Source: Spirochaetales bacterium
GTDB lineage: Bacteria > Spirochaetota > Spirochaetia > JABEVK01
Length of the DNA: 41,884 nt
Assembly (NCBI GenBank): GCA_037142615.1
Contig: JBAXAI010000033.1
Location: 1-41,884, forward strand
Reading direction: 5' to 3'
Notes under the pieces: model-generated
The model's input: only the letters and a program-made list of their open reading frames with translations
Told to the model about the DNA's origin: nothing
Database searches by the model: none
Position numbers and translations under genes: made by a program
In this document: piece after piece, positions 20,450 to 30,105 of the stretch
Position numbering within the stretch: position 1 is the stretch's first letter
Layout: the number at the start of each line of letters is the position of its first letter

Positions 20450-22695
20450 CAGCAACAAGGTCGGCTTTCGTCGAAGGCTGGCGCGTCGGCAAGGTGGGGG
20501 GCTCCGGCCCTCTGCTGCCGGTGACGCTCCCCCACACCTGGAACGCCGAAGACGGCGTGACCAACACCTACGACCGGAGCCCCTGGCGCTACGAAAAGAC
20601 CTTCCAGGCCGAACCGGCGTGGAAGGGACGCTGGCTGTTCTTGGAGTTCGAGGCGGCCAATTCGGTGGCCACAGTGAGGCTCAACGGCCGCACCCTGGCC
20701 ACCCACCGGGGCGGATTCAGCACCTTCCGCGTGCCGATCACCGAAGCGCTGGACTTCTCGGGCCTCAACCGGCTCGAAGTGGTGGTCGATAACTCTCCGG
20801 TGGAAGAAGTTTACCCGCTGATGGCCGACTTCACGTTCTTCGGTGGACTATACCGGCCGGTTTGGCTGATCGTGACCGGCGAGGTGCACTTCGACCTGCT
20901 CGACTCGGGCTCGGGCGGCGTTTACCTCAGCCAAACCGACGTGGGCGCCGAAAAAGCCGTCGTCGAGTGTGAGCTGGCGGTGGTCGTCGAGGCCGGCCCC
21001 CGGGAAGTCACCTGTCAAGTGCGGGTGCTCGACGCGCACGGTGTGCTGGTCACCGAAGTCGAAGAGAAAGCCACCCTCTGGGCCGCCTCCCGGTTCCTGC
21101 GGGGCTTGGTTCTTCCTCGTCCGCACCTGTGGCAGGGGGTGAAGAACCCGTATCTTTACCGCGTGGAAGTGGACCTTTGGGTCGATGGCGTGGTGGCTGA
21201 CACCCGGACAATCGCCCTGGGTGTGCGGAGCTACGCCGTCGATCCCGAGCGGGGGTTCCTGCTCAACGGGGTTCCGACGCCGCTGCGCGGAGTGAGCCGC
21301 CACCAGGACCGGGCCGACCGAGGTTGGGCCCTGACAGAGGCCGACCAGCAGGAAGATCTGGCGCTGCTGCTGGAACTGGGAGCCAACACGGTTCGCCTGA
21401 GCCACTACCAGCACAGCGTTACCTTCCTGGACCTGTGCGACCGTGCAGGCCTGGTGGTGTGGGCCGAGGTGCCGGTCATCAGCCGACTTTCGAAGACCGA
21501 CCCGACCGGCGAGAACGCGGTCACTCAGCTCACCGAGCTCATCCGTCAGCAGTACAACCACACGTCGATCTGCTTCTGGGGCGTGCAGAACGAGATTACC
21601 ATCGCCAACAGCAGCCCTGCGCTCGAACGTCTGGTCGCCCGGCTCCACCGCCTGGCGAAGTCGCTGGACCCCTGGCGGCTGACCACCCAGGCGCAAGTGG
21701 GGCACCTGCCTGAAGACGATGCGCTCAACAGCCTGACCGACGTACTGGCCTACAACAAGTACTACGGCTGGTATTACGGTGACGCCCTCGACTTTGACGG
21801 CTGGCTGACCGAGTTTCACGCGCGGCAACCGCTCCGGGCCCTCGGGCTTTCGGAGTACGGTGCCGAAGGCCTGTTGGCCTACCACAGTGACGCCCCGCGC
21901 ATGGGCGACTACACCGAGGAGTACCACGCACTCTACCACGAGACGGTGTACGGCGTGATCGAAAAACACCCGTGGCTCTGGGGCACGTACGTGTGGAACA
22001 TGTTCGACTTCGCCTCGGCCATCCGCGACGAAGGCGGCGTCAAGGGCAGGAACAACAAGGGTCTGGTCACCCACGACCGCAAGTTGCGCAAGGACGCCTT
22101 CTACTTCTATCAGGCCTGCTGGTCCGACAGGCAAGTTCTTCACCTCAACAGCCAGCGCTGGAAGGAGAGGACGACCGCGACCATCGCGATCAAAGCCTAC
22201 AGCAACCGGCCGGAGGTAACCCTGACGGTGAACGGGCGCCAGGTGGTGGGCACGGCTCGCGGGGTGGTGTGGACGTTCCCCGACGTGGCGCTGGCTCCGG
22301 GTGCCAACACCGTCACCTTGCGCTGCGGCGGGTTCGAGGAGTCCGTGGTTTGGAACCGGGTCGAAGTGGCCACCGTGAACTACACCTGCCCAGCCCCGGG
22401 GGGCAGCTTCGTGACCAACTGGTTCAGCGCCGGATTGGCGACGGGCGGCGAGGTGCTCCCGTTGGTCTACCCCGAGGGGGTCTACTCGATCAAAGACCCC
22501 ATCGAAGCCATCATCGAGGTGACAGAGGGCGAGGCCGTGCTGCGGCGCTATCTGGCGCCCCTGTTCGCATCGCCCATGTTCGCCATGGTCAAGTCGATGA
22601 GCCTCGAGATGCTGGCCAGCATGGACCGCAAAACGCTCACCCCGGCCGTGCTGGGACGCATGAACGCCGACTTGAACGCGGTCCGCAAGACCTGA
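20446..22695 (+). CDS. GH2 beta-glucuronidase, FMN-binding-clade-like, 749 aa
   Basis: LPHTWNA.DG, ADFTFFGGLYR, GVSRHQD, RLSHYQH, acid/base QNE, NKYYGWY, nucleophile SEYGA, WNMFDF, NNKG (the GUS NxK motif). ATG 20446 overlaps the transporter TGA. Confidence 0.85.
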   Translation: MTATRSAFVEGWRVGKVGGSGPLLPVTLPHTWNAEDGVTNTYDRSPWRYEKTFQAEPAWKGRWLFLEFEAANSVATVRLNGRTLATHRGGFSTFRVPITEALDFSGLNRLEVVVDNSPVEEVYPLMADFTFFGGLYRPVWLIVTGEVHFDLLDSGSGGVYLSQTDVGAEKAVVECELAVVVEAGPREVTCQVRVLDAHGVLVTEVEEKATLWAASRFLRGLVLPRPHLWQGVKNPYLYRVEVDLWVDGVVADTRTIALGVRSYAVDPERGFLLNGVPTPLRGVSRHQDRADRGWALTEADQQEDLALLLELGANTVRLSHYQHSVTFLDLCDRAGLVVWAEVPVISRLSKTDPTGENAVTQLTELIRQQYNHTSICFWGVQNEITIANSSPALERLVARLHRLAKSLDPWRLTTQAQVGHLPEDDALNSLTDVLAYNKYYGWYYGDALDFDGWLTEFHARQPLRALGLSEYGAEGLLAYHSDAPRMGDYTEEYHALYHETVYGVIEKHPWLWGTYVWNMFDFASAIRDEGGVKGRNNKGLVTHDRKLRKDAFYFYQACWSDRQVLHLNSQRWKERTTATIAIKAYSNRPEVTLTVNGRQVVGTARGVVWTFPDVALAPGANTVTLRCGGFEESVVWNRVEVATVNYTCPAPGGSFVTNWFSAGLATGGEVLPLVYPEGVYSIKDPIEAIIEVTEGEAVLRRYLAPLFASPMFAMVKSMSLEMLASMDRKTLTPAVLGRMNADLNAVRKT

Positions 22696-22711
22696 ACCAG
22701 CCAGTGCCGTC

Positions 22712-22757
22712 TTGACAGCAGGACAGCACTGGTTCTATGGTTAGATACCGTTATCTA
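22712..22757 (+). promoter_or_regulatory. Internal promoter plus palindromic operator for larA-like/kdgK
   Basis: TTGACA 22712-22717, TATGGT 22736-22741, palindrome TAGATA-CCGT-TATCTA 22742-22757 directly before the GGAGA RBS. Confidence 0.65.
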
Positions 22758-22767
22758 GGAGACAACT

Positions 22768-24006
22768 ATGTTCTTGACCGACGCCGTTGTTGAAGCCCGT
22801 ATCCGCGAAGGTCTGTCCCTCCTGCCCTACGACGGCAAGCGTGTTCTGGTGCTCGTCCCCGACCTGACGCGCACGATGCCGTTGGCGCAGTTCTTTCGCT
22901 GGATCGTCTCGGCCTTGCGCGGACGCGTGGCCAAGCTCGACTTTTTGGTGGCGCTGGGAACGCATGCGGCGCTCACCGAAGCCCAGATGGACCAACTGTT
23001 CGGCTGCGCTCCCGGCGAGCGAGCGCGCAACTTTGCCGATGTGGCCTTCCTCAACCACGACTGGGCCAACCCAGCGGCGCTCACCTTGCTGGGCACCATT
23101 CCCGCCTCCGAGATCCGCGAGCTCAGCTCCGGCATGCTCGACCTGGAAGTGCCCGTGCGGATCAATAAGCTGGTGCTCGACTACGACGAGCTGTTCGTCT
23201 GCGGCCCGGTGTTCCCGCACGAGGTAGTGGGCATTTCGGGCGGCAACAAGTACTTCTTCCCCGGCATCGCGGGGCAGGACATCATCGATGTCACGCACTG
23301 GATTGGCGCGCTGGCCACCAGCTACAAGCTCATCGGCACCAAGGACACCCCGGTGCGCCGCGTCATCAACCGGGCCGCCGACCTCATCCCCCGTCCTCGC
23401 CATGCGCTCTGTGCGGTGGTGCAGCACAACGGCGTCGAGGGCGTCTTCCTCGGCCCTATCGCCGAGGCCTGGAACCAAGCCGCCGACTTGGCCGCCGAAA
23501 CCCACATCACCTGGGTCGACAAACCCTACCGCCAGGTTCTCTCGCTGTTGCCCGAGATGTACGACGAGCTCTGGGTCGGCGCCAAGGGCATGTACAAGCT
23601 CGAACCGGTCATAAGCGACGGGGGCGAAGTCATTATCTACGCGCCGCACCTGCACGAAGTCAGCGTCACCCATGGCAAGAAGATCGCCGCCATCGGTTAC
23701 CATTGCCGCGACTATTTCGTTAAGCAGTGGGACAAGTTCAAGACCCACCCGTGGGGCGTGCTGGCGCACTCGACCCACCTGCGCGGGGCCGGCATCTACG
23801 ACCCGGCGACTGGCGTCGAAAGCTGCCGCATCCGGGTAACTCTGGCTACCGGCATTCCCGAGGCCGAGTGCCGTGCGCTCAACCTGGGCTATCGCGACTG
23901 GCGCAGCATCGATGTGGCCGCCTGGAGGGCCGAGGCCCAGCGCGACCCCGGCTGCCTGGTCGTCGACCGCGCCGGCGAGCAACTGTATCGCATCAAAGGG
24001 CAATAA
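22768..24006 (+). CDS. LarA-family nickel-pincer-dependent 2-hydroxyacid epimerase (GntE-like candidate)
   Basis: PDLTR, ALGTH, NHD, PHEVVGISGGNK.FFPG, DVTHW, KGMYK: the LarA-type active-site residues. Confidence 0.8.
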   Translation: MFLTDAVVEARIREGLSLLPYDGKRVLVLVPDLTRTMPLAQFFRWIVSALRGRVAKLDFLVALGTHAALTEAQMDQLFGCAPGERARNFADVAFLNHDWANPAALTLLGTIPASEIRELSSGMLDLEVPVRINKLVLDYDELFVCGPVFPHEVVGISGGNKYFFPGIAGQDIIDVTHWIGALATSYKLIGTKDTPVRRVINRAADLIPRPRHALCAVVQHNGVEGVFLGPIAEAWNQAADLAAETHITWVDKPYRQVLSLLPEMYDELWVGAKGMYKLEPVISDGGEVIIYAPHLHEVSVTHGKKIAAIGYHCRDYFVKQWDKFKTHPWGVLAHSTHLRGAGIYDPATGVESCRIRVTLATGIPEAECRALNLGYRDWRSIDVAAWRAEAQRDPGCLVVDRAGEQLYRIKGQ

Positions 24007-24024
24007 AGGCCCGTAGGAGAAAAC

Positions 24025-25104
24025 ATGGCTTTGGAACTCAGAAAGAACGCGGCCTGGGCCCTGGTGGTGCCCACCAGCATGGGCGTACGCCTCACCCCCG
24101 AAAACGGACAACCCGTCCACGCGTCCGACACCTTCAAAATGCAGGCCACCAGCGCCGAAACCAACGTGGCCAGCATCGCCTCGTACCTCGGTCTGCCGGT
24201 GAAAATCCTCACCACCTTCGTCAAGGACAGCCCCATTTCGGCGTTCATCAAGGCCAATCTTCGCGCCCGAAACATGCACTTTGAGGGCAAAGACGTGCCG
24301 CAGGGCGGACCGTGGGGCTACCGTCACCAGTTCAACATCGCTGACTCAGGCTACGGCTCGCGGGGCCCCCGGGTGCAGAACGACCGCGCCGGCGAAGTAG
24401 GCCGCACGCTGAACGCCAAGGACTTCGACCTCGAACGCCTGTTCGGCACCGAAGGCGTGCAGATCGTGCACCTTTCGGGCCTCATAGGCGCCCTGTCACC
24501 CGAGACCAGCGCCTTCTGCCTGGATTTGGCCAAGGCCGCCAAGAAGCACGGCACCAAGATTGCGTTCGACCTCAACTACCGCGCCACGTTCTGGAAAGGC
24601 CGCGAGAAAGAGCTTCGCGACACCTTCACCCAAATCGCCAGCGTGGCCGACATTCTGGCCGGCAATGAGGAAGACTTTCAGCTGTGCTTGGGCATCGAGG
24701 GCCCCAAGGAAGGCGGCAAGGGCATCGCCGGCCAAATCGAGGGCTTCCAGGGCATGATCGGCCGCGTCAAGAAGGCCTTCCCCAACGCCTCGGTGTTTGC
24801 CACCACACTGCGAGAGGTCGAGGATGTGAACACCCACCACTGGGGCGCCGTCCTGCTCGAAGGCGACACGTGGCACATCATTGAGCCCCGCGAGATTCAC
24901 GTGCTCGACCGCATCGGCGGCGGCGACGGCTTCGTCGGTGGCCTGCTCTACGGCATCCTCAAGGGCTGGGAACCCGAAAAGTGGGGGCAGTTCGGCTGGG
25001 CCAGCGGCGCCTTGGCCACCACCTTCCTCACCGACTACGCCCAACCCGTCGACGAGGACCAGGTGTGGAGCGTCTGGTCTGGAAATGCCCGCGTAAAGCG
25101 CTAG
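24025..25104 (+). CDS. kdgK: PfkB-family sugar kinase, 2-keto-3-deoxygluconate kinase-like
   Basis: SAETNVA, G.RGPRV.NDRA, FDLNYR..FW, GNEED, DRIGGGDGF PfkB signature; hexuronate context. Confidence 0.75.
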   Translation: MALELRKNAAWALVVPTSMGVRLTPENGQPVHASDTFKMQATSAETNVASIASYLGLPVKILTTFVKDSPISAFIKANLRARNMHFEGKDVPQGGPWGYRHQFNIADSGYGSRGPRVQNDRAGEVGRTLNAKDFDLERLFGTEGVQIVHLSGLIGALSPETSAFCLDLAKAAKKHGTKIAFDLNYRATFWKGREKELRDTFTQIASVADILAGNEEDFQLCLGIEGPKEGGKGIAGQIEGFQGMIGRVKKAFPNASVFATTLREVEDVNTHHWGAVLLEGDTWHIIEPREIHVLDRIGGGDGFVGGLLYGILKGWEPEKWGQFGWASGALATTFLTDYAQPVDEDQVWSVWSGNARVKR

Positions 25105-25119
25105 GCAATCTCCCGAGGT

Positions 25120-28100
25120 CTACCGCTTCGCCATCGCCTCGTGCAACCGTTCGGCCTGCAGAATGAACGTCTCCAGGCGCGCGCGGATGATCTGGCTGAA
25201 GGGGTTGCCGTCGCACTCCAAGCTCAGGAAAGGCAGGATGTCGGTCGATTCCTTGAGCGCTGACAGATCCACCGGCCGACCCGCCTGACGTCCTGCTTCT
25301 TCTTTGCCTTCCACCGTCATTTCGATGGTCGACACGGCCTCGGTCATGCGGCTGTTCATGCAGCCGAAAGGCCCCACGTTGAGCACGCCGCAAAACTTCT
25401 CGGCCAGGTGGTGCAACGCCGCGCCCGTCGAAAGCCCGGGTTCGCCGGTCAGCTCGAACGGGAAGATGTGCTTCGAGTGGTCCATGAACGTCTGGATGTC
25501 GATCATCTCTTTTTCGTAGAGCCCGCTGGTGGCCAAAATGTCCTTCACCTTGGCCTCGTGGTGGTCCTGCACCAGGTCGCTGGCGGCCATTTCGAACTTG
25601 CCCACGAGGTTGGTCTGCAGTTCGTACATGCCAATGTCGCGCAAAAAGTCGGTGTAGCGCACCCACTCGCTCACGGGCGCATCGAGCAGCACAAAGCCTT
25701 TGTCGGCCAAGAGATCCGGGATGCCCATCAAACTGAAGTGGTCGCGCCGCACAAAGATCTCGCCCACCAGCCCGATGTACTTGGCTTGGCTGATCGGCGT
25801 CTTGAGTGGGATGGTCCGTAGCACCCGGGCCGTCTTGCGCAACTGGGTGTAGAACATCGTCTTGTTGGTTCCGTCGACCGAGCCGACCACCTTGTCGATC
25901 TCGGCGTTCAGCACAGTCATGGCAGCCTCGCGATCCACGGCGAGCGCTTTCACGGCATTGCGGATGTCGTCGAGCACGTCGAAGGCGTACATCGACTTCA
26001 CCATGTTCAGGCGGAACTTGAGGCCCAGGCCGGCGTAACCGTCGTCGTTCGACAGCTTCATGGTGGCCACATTGGGCAGGTGGAGTTTTTCGACCGTGGT
26101 GCGCAGCAAAATGTCGTACTGGCCCACCCGGCAGCAACCGCCGGCGCCCACGATCATCATCACCAGTTTTTCATCGGGGTCGGTGCGGTACTTCAGGTAC
26201 TTCATCAGCTCGCCCACGATGTTGATGATGGGCAGGCACTCCTTGCTGGTGGTCACCGACCGGCCCAGGTCGAGGGCCTCGCGGTCGCACACGGGCAGCG
26301 CCTCGGCGTTCCAGCCCAAGTCGCGGAACACGGCGGCCGCCCCCCGGTTGAACAGGTCGCCCATGCTCGGCACAAGCACCTTCACCTTGCCGGTGTCCAT
26401 GCGCAGCTTTTCGCCGCCCGAGCCCACGAACACGGCCTTACCCAGGTTGTCGAGCTCCACCGTGGCCGCCCGGAAGGGCGCCTGAGCGACTTTGCCGGTA
26501 CCGCGGACCTTGAGGTAGTTCTGGATCACGTCCATGAACGCCTCGATGCGGGTGTTCACCCCGGCGTCGGCGGTGTGGCTGTCGACCTCGATGGTGAGCG
26601 AGGGCTTGGTGCCCATCAGGTCGCGGAAGTGCTGCACCATCATCGAGTCGAGCGCGCAGAGGAAGTTGGTCAAAAAGGTGCCGAACAGCTGCGGGTGCCG
26701 CTCGACGATACGGGCCCCCTTGATGATGCGCTGGCCCATTTCCCAGTAGGTGTTCTTGTAGTTCTCTTCGCTCTCGTAGTCCAAAAAGTCATAGGGGATG
26801 AGTTCGACGCCGCGGCTGGCGAACTTGCTGGGCACGCCCTTGTTCGTCTCTTCGGCGAAGGCGTTGTAGGGTCGGCCGAACAGGACCACGGCGGTACGGC
26901 TGGGGTCGCTTTCAAGCTTGGCGAGGATGCGCCGCCCCTGGGCCTTCATCGCTTCGAAGAACAGCGTTTGCGCCTCGGCGGCTTTGGTGTGCGCGGCCAG
27001 ACCTTGCTCGCGGGTAAAGCCCATGTCGACGGCCACTTGCGCAAACACCTCGGCCCCGGCGCCCCAGCCCTTCATCAGGTTGAGCGATGGAGTGATCATT
27101 TTCGGCAGGTTTGTGGCGCGCGTCGCCGTCGGTCCAAAATGGCTCGACTTCTGGTAGAACGGCTCACCCTGCACAAACATGCACACGGTCTGGTACTCGA
27201 TTCGGTAGTCCTTTTGCTCCGACACGTGCAGTTCTTTCAGTTGAGGCATAAAGATGTAGTCGGGCTTCTTGTCGAGCAGGTCCTCGAACAGGCCCATGGC
27301 GACCTGCGCCGATAGGCACAAACTGGACTGCGCTTTGTCGATGCCGGTTTGGCGCACTTCGGTGGGCAACACGATGCGGCACCCGAGCTGGTTGAAAAAC
27401 GTCGAGTACAGCGGGTAGAGCGTGTGGATCTGGAACGACCGGTTGAGCCCGACCAACGGTGCGTCGGCTGGTAGGTCGGTGCGCAACTCGACCCACGGAT
27501 GGAACAGCAGCTCGCGACGCTTGGCCACGTGGTTGAGTTCGGCGGTGTCGTACTTCAGGTGGTGAAGCTGGTTGTAGTACTTGTTGCACGCCCCGCCGAA
27601 GGGGAACTTCTTGCCCTCGATCTCGATCATGCTGATTTCGCAGCGGCGGTCGCAGTTTTCGCTGCGGCCCATGCACACGAACGACTTGCCGGGGGTCACT
27701 TCGCGTTCGGCGAGCACGCCCAGATCAAACTCGCGGGGTGCCAGCAGCCCGAGGTCGAGCAGGCTGCCGACTTCGAGCGCCACGCCATACGCGCCCATCA
27801 AGCCGGGGTGCGGCGGCACGATGATGCTCTTGCCGGTGAGCGCGGCCATGGCGATGGGGACGGCCTTGTTATAGCACACCCCACCCTGCATGAAGATCTT
27901 CTTGCCCACCTGGCGGAAGCCCTTCACGCGGTTCACGTAGTTGATGCAGATGGAGTACACCAGCCCGGCGATGATGTTTTCGCGGCTGATGCCTTCCTGG
28001 AAGGCCATGTTGATGTCACTGCTGATGAACGCCGCGCACTGGTCGCTGAAGTTGGGCGGGTTGGTCGCGGCCAGCGCGATGGGCGCGATGTCTTCCATCT

Positions 28101-29460
28101 TGACGCCCATGGACTCGTAGGCCGACTCCTCCAAAAAGCTGCCGGTGCCGGCCGAGCAGGCCTCGTTCATGGCGTAGTCACTCGCGACCCCGTTGGTGAG
28201 CAGGGTGTACTTCGCGTCTTGGCCGCCAATCTCGAAAATCGTGTCGACCTCGGGGTCAAAATGTGCGGCGGCGCGGGCGTGGGCGATGATCTCGTTGATG
28301 ATGCCCTCGGTGTCGGCGTGCAGCCCAGCGAGGTAGCGGCCCGAACCGGTGACGCCCAGCCCGACGACGGTCACCCTGGTGGTTCCCAACTGTTCGATCA
28401 GCGCCCGGTAGCACTGGCGGCTGGCCTCGATGGGGTTGCCGTTGGTGCGCAGGTACTTGGCCGCCACGATGGTTTCGTCGCTTCGCCGTAGCAGCACGGC
28501 TTTGGTGGTCGTCGAGCCCACGTCGAGGCCCACCACGCACACATCGCCGTCGCGGGCGGTCTCGAACGCCTGGTCCTTGAACTCCACCTTGTCGACAAAC
28601 TTTGACAGGGCAGGCATTTGTTCGAACGACGAGGGGATGTCCTTGAAATAGTTGTTCTTGGTAATCTCGGGCGTCAGTTTGTTCTTCAGGGCATAGATGG
28701 CGGCACCGAGGGCCTCGAAGCACGGCGCGTGGTCGGGCACCTCGACCTGGGGGAAGGTCTTCTGCAAGAAGTCGACGACCACGCCGTTTTGGGCCGTACC
28801 GCCGACGAGGAGCACCTTCTTGGCGTTCACTTTGACCAGCAGTTCCTCGATCTTCTTGGCGATCATGCGGCCCAGGCCGGCGGCCACGTCACCGATGGGT
28901 TCGCCCTTGTTGAGCGCGTGGGTGCAGTCGCTTTTGCAGAACACCGAACAGCGGCCCGAGAGTTGATGCGGGTTTTTACTCTGCCGCGCAAGGCTGATGG
29001 CCTCTTCCACCCCGATGTTCATGCGGCGGATCTGCTGCAGAAAGAACTCGCCGGTACCCGAGGCACACTTGTTGCCCGAGCTGATGCGGCTCACGCGGCC
29101 CTTCTTGTCCATTTCGTAGACAAGGAACGACTCGCCGCCGGCCGAAACCACGGCATCGAAGCGCTGAGCGCCGGGGTACAGGTGCTGATAGGCGATTTCG
29201 GTGGCCTCGGGCTCGATCAGCGACGGGAAGGTGGTCAGGTCGCGGAACTTGCGGCCCGTCACCGAGACCGACTTGCCCGCCAGATCGTAGGCGTCGATGA
29301 TGCGCGTGAACGTGCCCTTGGGGTCGCCGTCGTGCGCGACGATCACCTTGTTCACGACTTCGATCTTGCCATTGATGCTGGCGATCTCGACCAGCGAAAA
29401 GGTCGAGGCTCCCAGACAAATTCCCACCGAGTTGGGGATGAGGCGGCTTGCGGCTTCCAT
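25120..29460 (-). CDS. Fused double ASKHA activase + two reductase/dehydratase-like (DUF2229-type) domains; PlsA-PlsR/Ger-like plasmalogen or ether-lipid synthase candidate
   Basis: Activase 1: TGRK, AGGE, KCASGTG, GRCSVF. Activase 2: GLDVGSTTTK, EIGGQDAK, NEACSAGTGSFLEE, QCAAF, QGGV..N. Cys-rich linker C..CDRRC..GGAC; C-terminal GRPYN, NFLCALD, ECLP, GCCRVGQY, VGEIFVR, PFGCM. Confidence 0.75.
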   Translation of the reverse strand: MEAASRLIPNSVGICLGASTFSLVEIASINGKIEVVNKVIVAHDGDPKGTFTRIIDAYDLAGKSVSVTGRKFRDLTTFPSLIEPEATEIAYQHLYPGAQRFDAVVSAGGESFLVYEMDKKGRVSRISSGNKCASGTGEFFLQQIRRMNIGVEEAISLARQSKNPHQLSGRCSVFCKSDCTHALNKGEPIGDVAAGLGRMIAKKIEELLVKVNAKKVLLVGGTAQNGVVVDFLQKTFPQVEVPDHAPCFEALGAAIYALKNKLTPEITKNNYFKDIPSSFEQMPALSKFVDKVEFKDQAFETARDGDVCVVGLDVGSTTTKAVLLRRSDETIVAAKYLRTNGNPIEASRQCYRALIEQLGTTRVTVVGLGVTGSGRYLAGLHADTEGIINEIIAHARAAAHFDPEVDTIFEIGGQDAKYTLLTNGVASDYAMNEACSAGTGSFLEESAYESMGVKMEDIAPIALAATNPPNFSDQCAAFISSDINMAFQEGISRENIIAGLVYSICINYVNRVKGFRQVGKKIFMQGGVCYNKAVPIAMAALTGKSIIVPPHPGLMGAYGVALEVGSLLDLGLLAPREFDLGVLAEREVTPGKSFVCMGRSENCDRRCEISMIEIEGKKFPFGGACNKYYNQLHHLKYDTAELNHVAKRRELLFHPWVELRTDLPADAPLVGLNRSFQIHTLYPLYSTFFNQLGCRIVLPTEVRQTGIDKAQSSLCLSAQVAMGLFEDLLDKKPDYIFMPQLKELHVSEQKDYRIEYQTVCMFVQGEPFYQKSSHFGPTATRATNLPKMITPSLNLMKGWGAGAEVFAQVAVDMGFTREQGLAAHTKAAEAQTLFFEAMKAQGRRILAKLESDPSRTAVVLFGRPYNAFAEETNKGVPSKFASRGVELIPYDFLDYESEENYKNTYWEMGQRIIKGARIVERHPQLFGTFLTNFLCALDSMMVQHFRDLMGTKPSLTIEVDSHTADAGVNTRIEAFMDVIQNYLKVRGTGKVAQAPFRAATVELDNLGKAVFVGSGGEKLRMDTGKVKVLVPSMGDLFNRGAAAVFRDLGWNAEALPVCDREALDLGRSVTTSKECLPIINIVGELMKYLKYRTDPDEKLVMMIVGAGGCCRVGQYDILLRTTVEKLHLPNVATMKLSNDDGYAGLGLKFRLNMVKSMYAFDVLDDIRNAVKALAVDREAAMTVLNAEIDKVVGSVDGTNKTMFYTQLRKTARVLRTIPLKTPISQAKYIGLVGEIFVRRDHFSLMGIPDLLADKGFVLLDAPVSEWVRYTDFLRDIGMYELQTNLVGKFEMAASDLVQDHHEAKVKDILATSGLYEKEMIDIQTFMDHSKHIFPFELTGEPGLSTGAALHHLAEKFCGVLNVGPFGCMNSRMTEAVSTIEMTVEGKEEAGRQAGRPVDLSALKESTDILPFLSLECDGNPFSQIIRARLETFILQAERLHEAMAKR

Positions 29461-30068
29461 CACGTTCTCCTTTCCAGACCACGAAGAATCAGATCAACAA
29501 ATTGGGTTTCTATGGTTTCAAGCACGGGTTGGGTGAGTTCCAGATCCTGGTACCACACGTCGAGGAAGGTGTAGAGCACCGAACTGGCGATGTACCGGGC
29601 CGCCGAGGCGGGCTCCACCTCGCGGAAGCGTCCCTGGGCGATTCCCAGCGTCACAAACTTCTCGATGAGGTTGCGCATCGGCGTGTAGATTCGTTCGAAC
29701 ATCGCCTCTTTGAGCCGGGGGTTGTAGGCCGACTCGGCGTGAATCACCGAAATGAGCACGCGGTTTTCGTGGAACAGCACCAAACGGCTGTGAATGAACG
29801 ACTTGACGGCCTCTTCCATGTTGCCGCCCAGATAATGCGCCAACGCGGTGGCGACGTTCTCGGTGAACAGGCGTGGCGCAACGGTTTCGACCAGTTCGCT
29901 CAGCAGGCCCATCAGCAGGTCTTCCTTGTTCGGAAACAGGCGGAACATCGTGCCCACCGACACCCCGGCGGCGTCGGCGACTTCCTTGGTGGTGGTACCG
30001 TGGTAGCTCTTGCACCGGAACACCTTGAGCGCGGCGTCGAGAATCGGCTTGGCCTTGTCATTCTGCAC
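29460..30068 (-). CDS. TetR/AcrR-family regulator, translationally coupled to the activase fusion
   Basis: ILDAALKVF...YHGTTTKEVADAAGVSVGTMFRLFPNKEDL HTH; its TGA overlaps the next start (GTGATG). Confidence 0.95.
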   Translation of the reverse strand: MQNDKAKPILDAALKVFRCKSYHGTTTKEVADAAGVSVGTMFRLFPNKEDLLMGLLSELVETVAPRLFTENVATALAHYLGGNMEEAVKSFIHSRLVLFHENRVLISVIHAESAYNPRLKEAMFERIYTPMRNLIEKFVTLGIAQGRFREVEPASAARYIASSVLYTFLDVWYQDLELTQPVLETIETQFVDLILRGLERRT

Positions 30069-30105
30069 TCGGACTCCCCGCCGGATTCACCTCGCTACGG
30101 AGCGG

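Noticed and set aside
22741-24327. 528-aa minus-strand ORF (and similar ones at 7616-8896, 11911-13155, 20848-22143, 26080-27315, 37375-38694)
   Set aside because: Antisense shadows of well-supported genes on the opposite strand.
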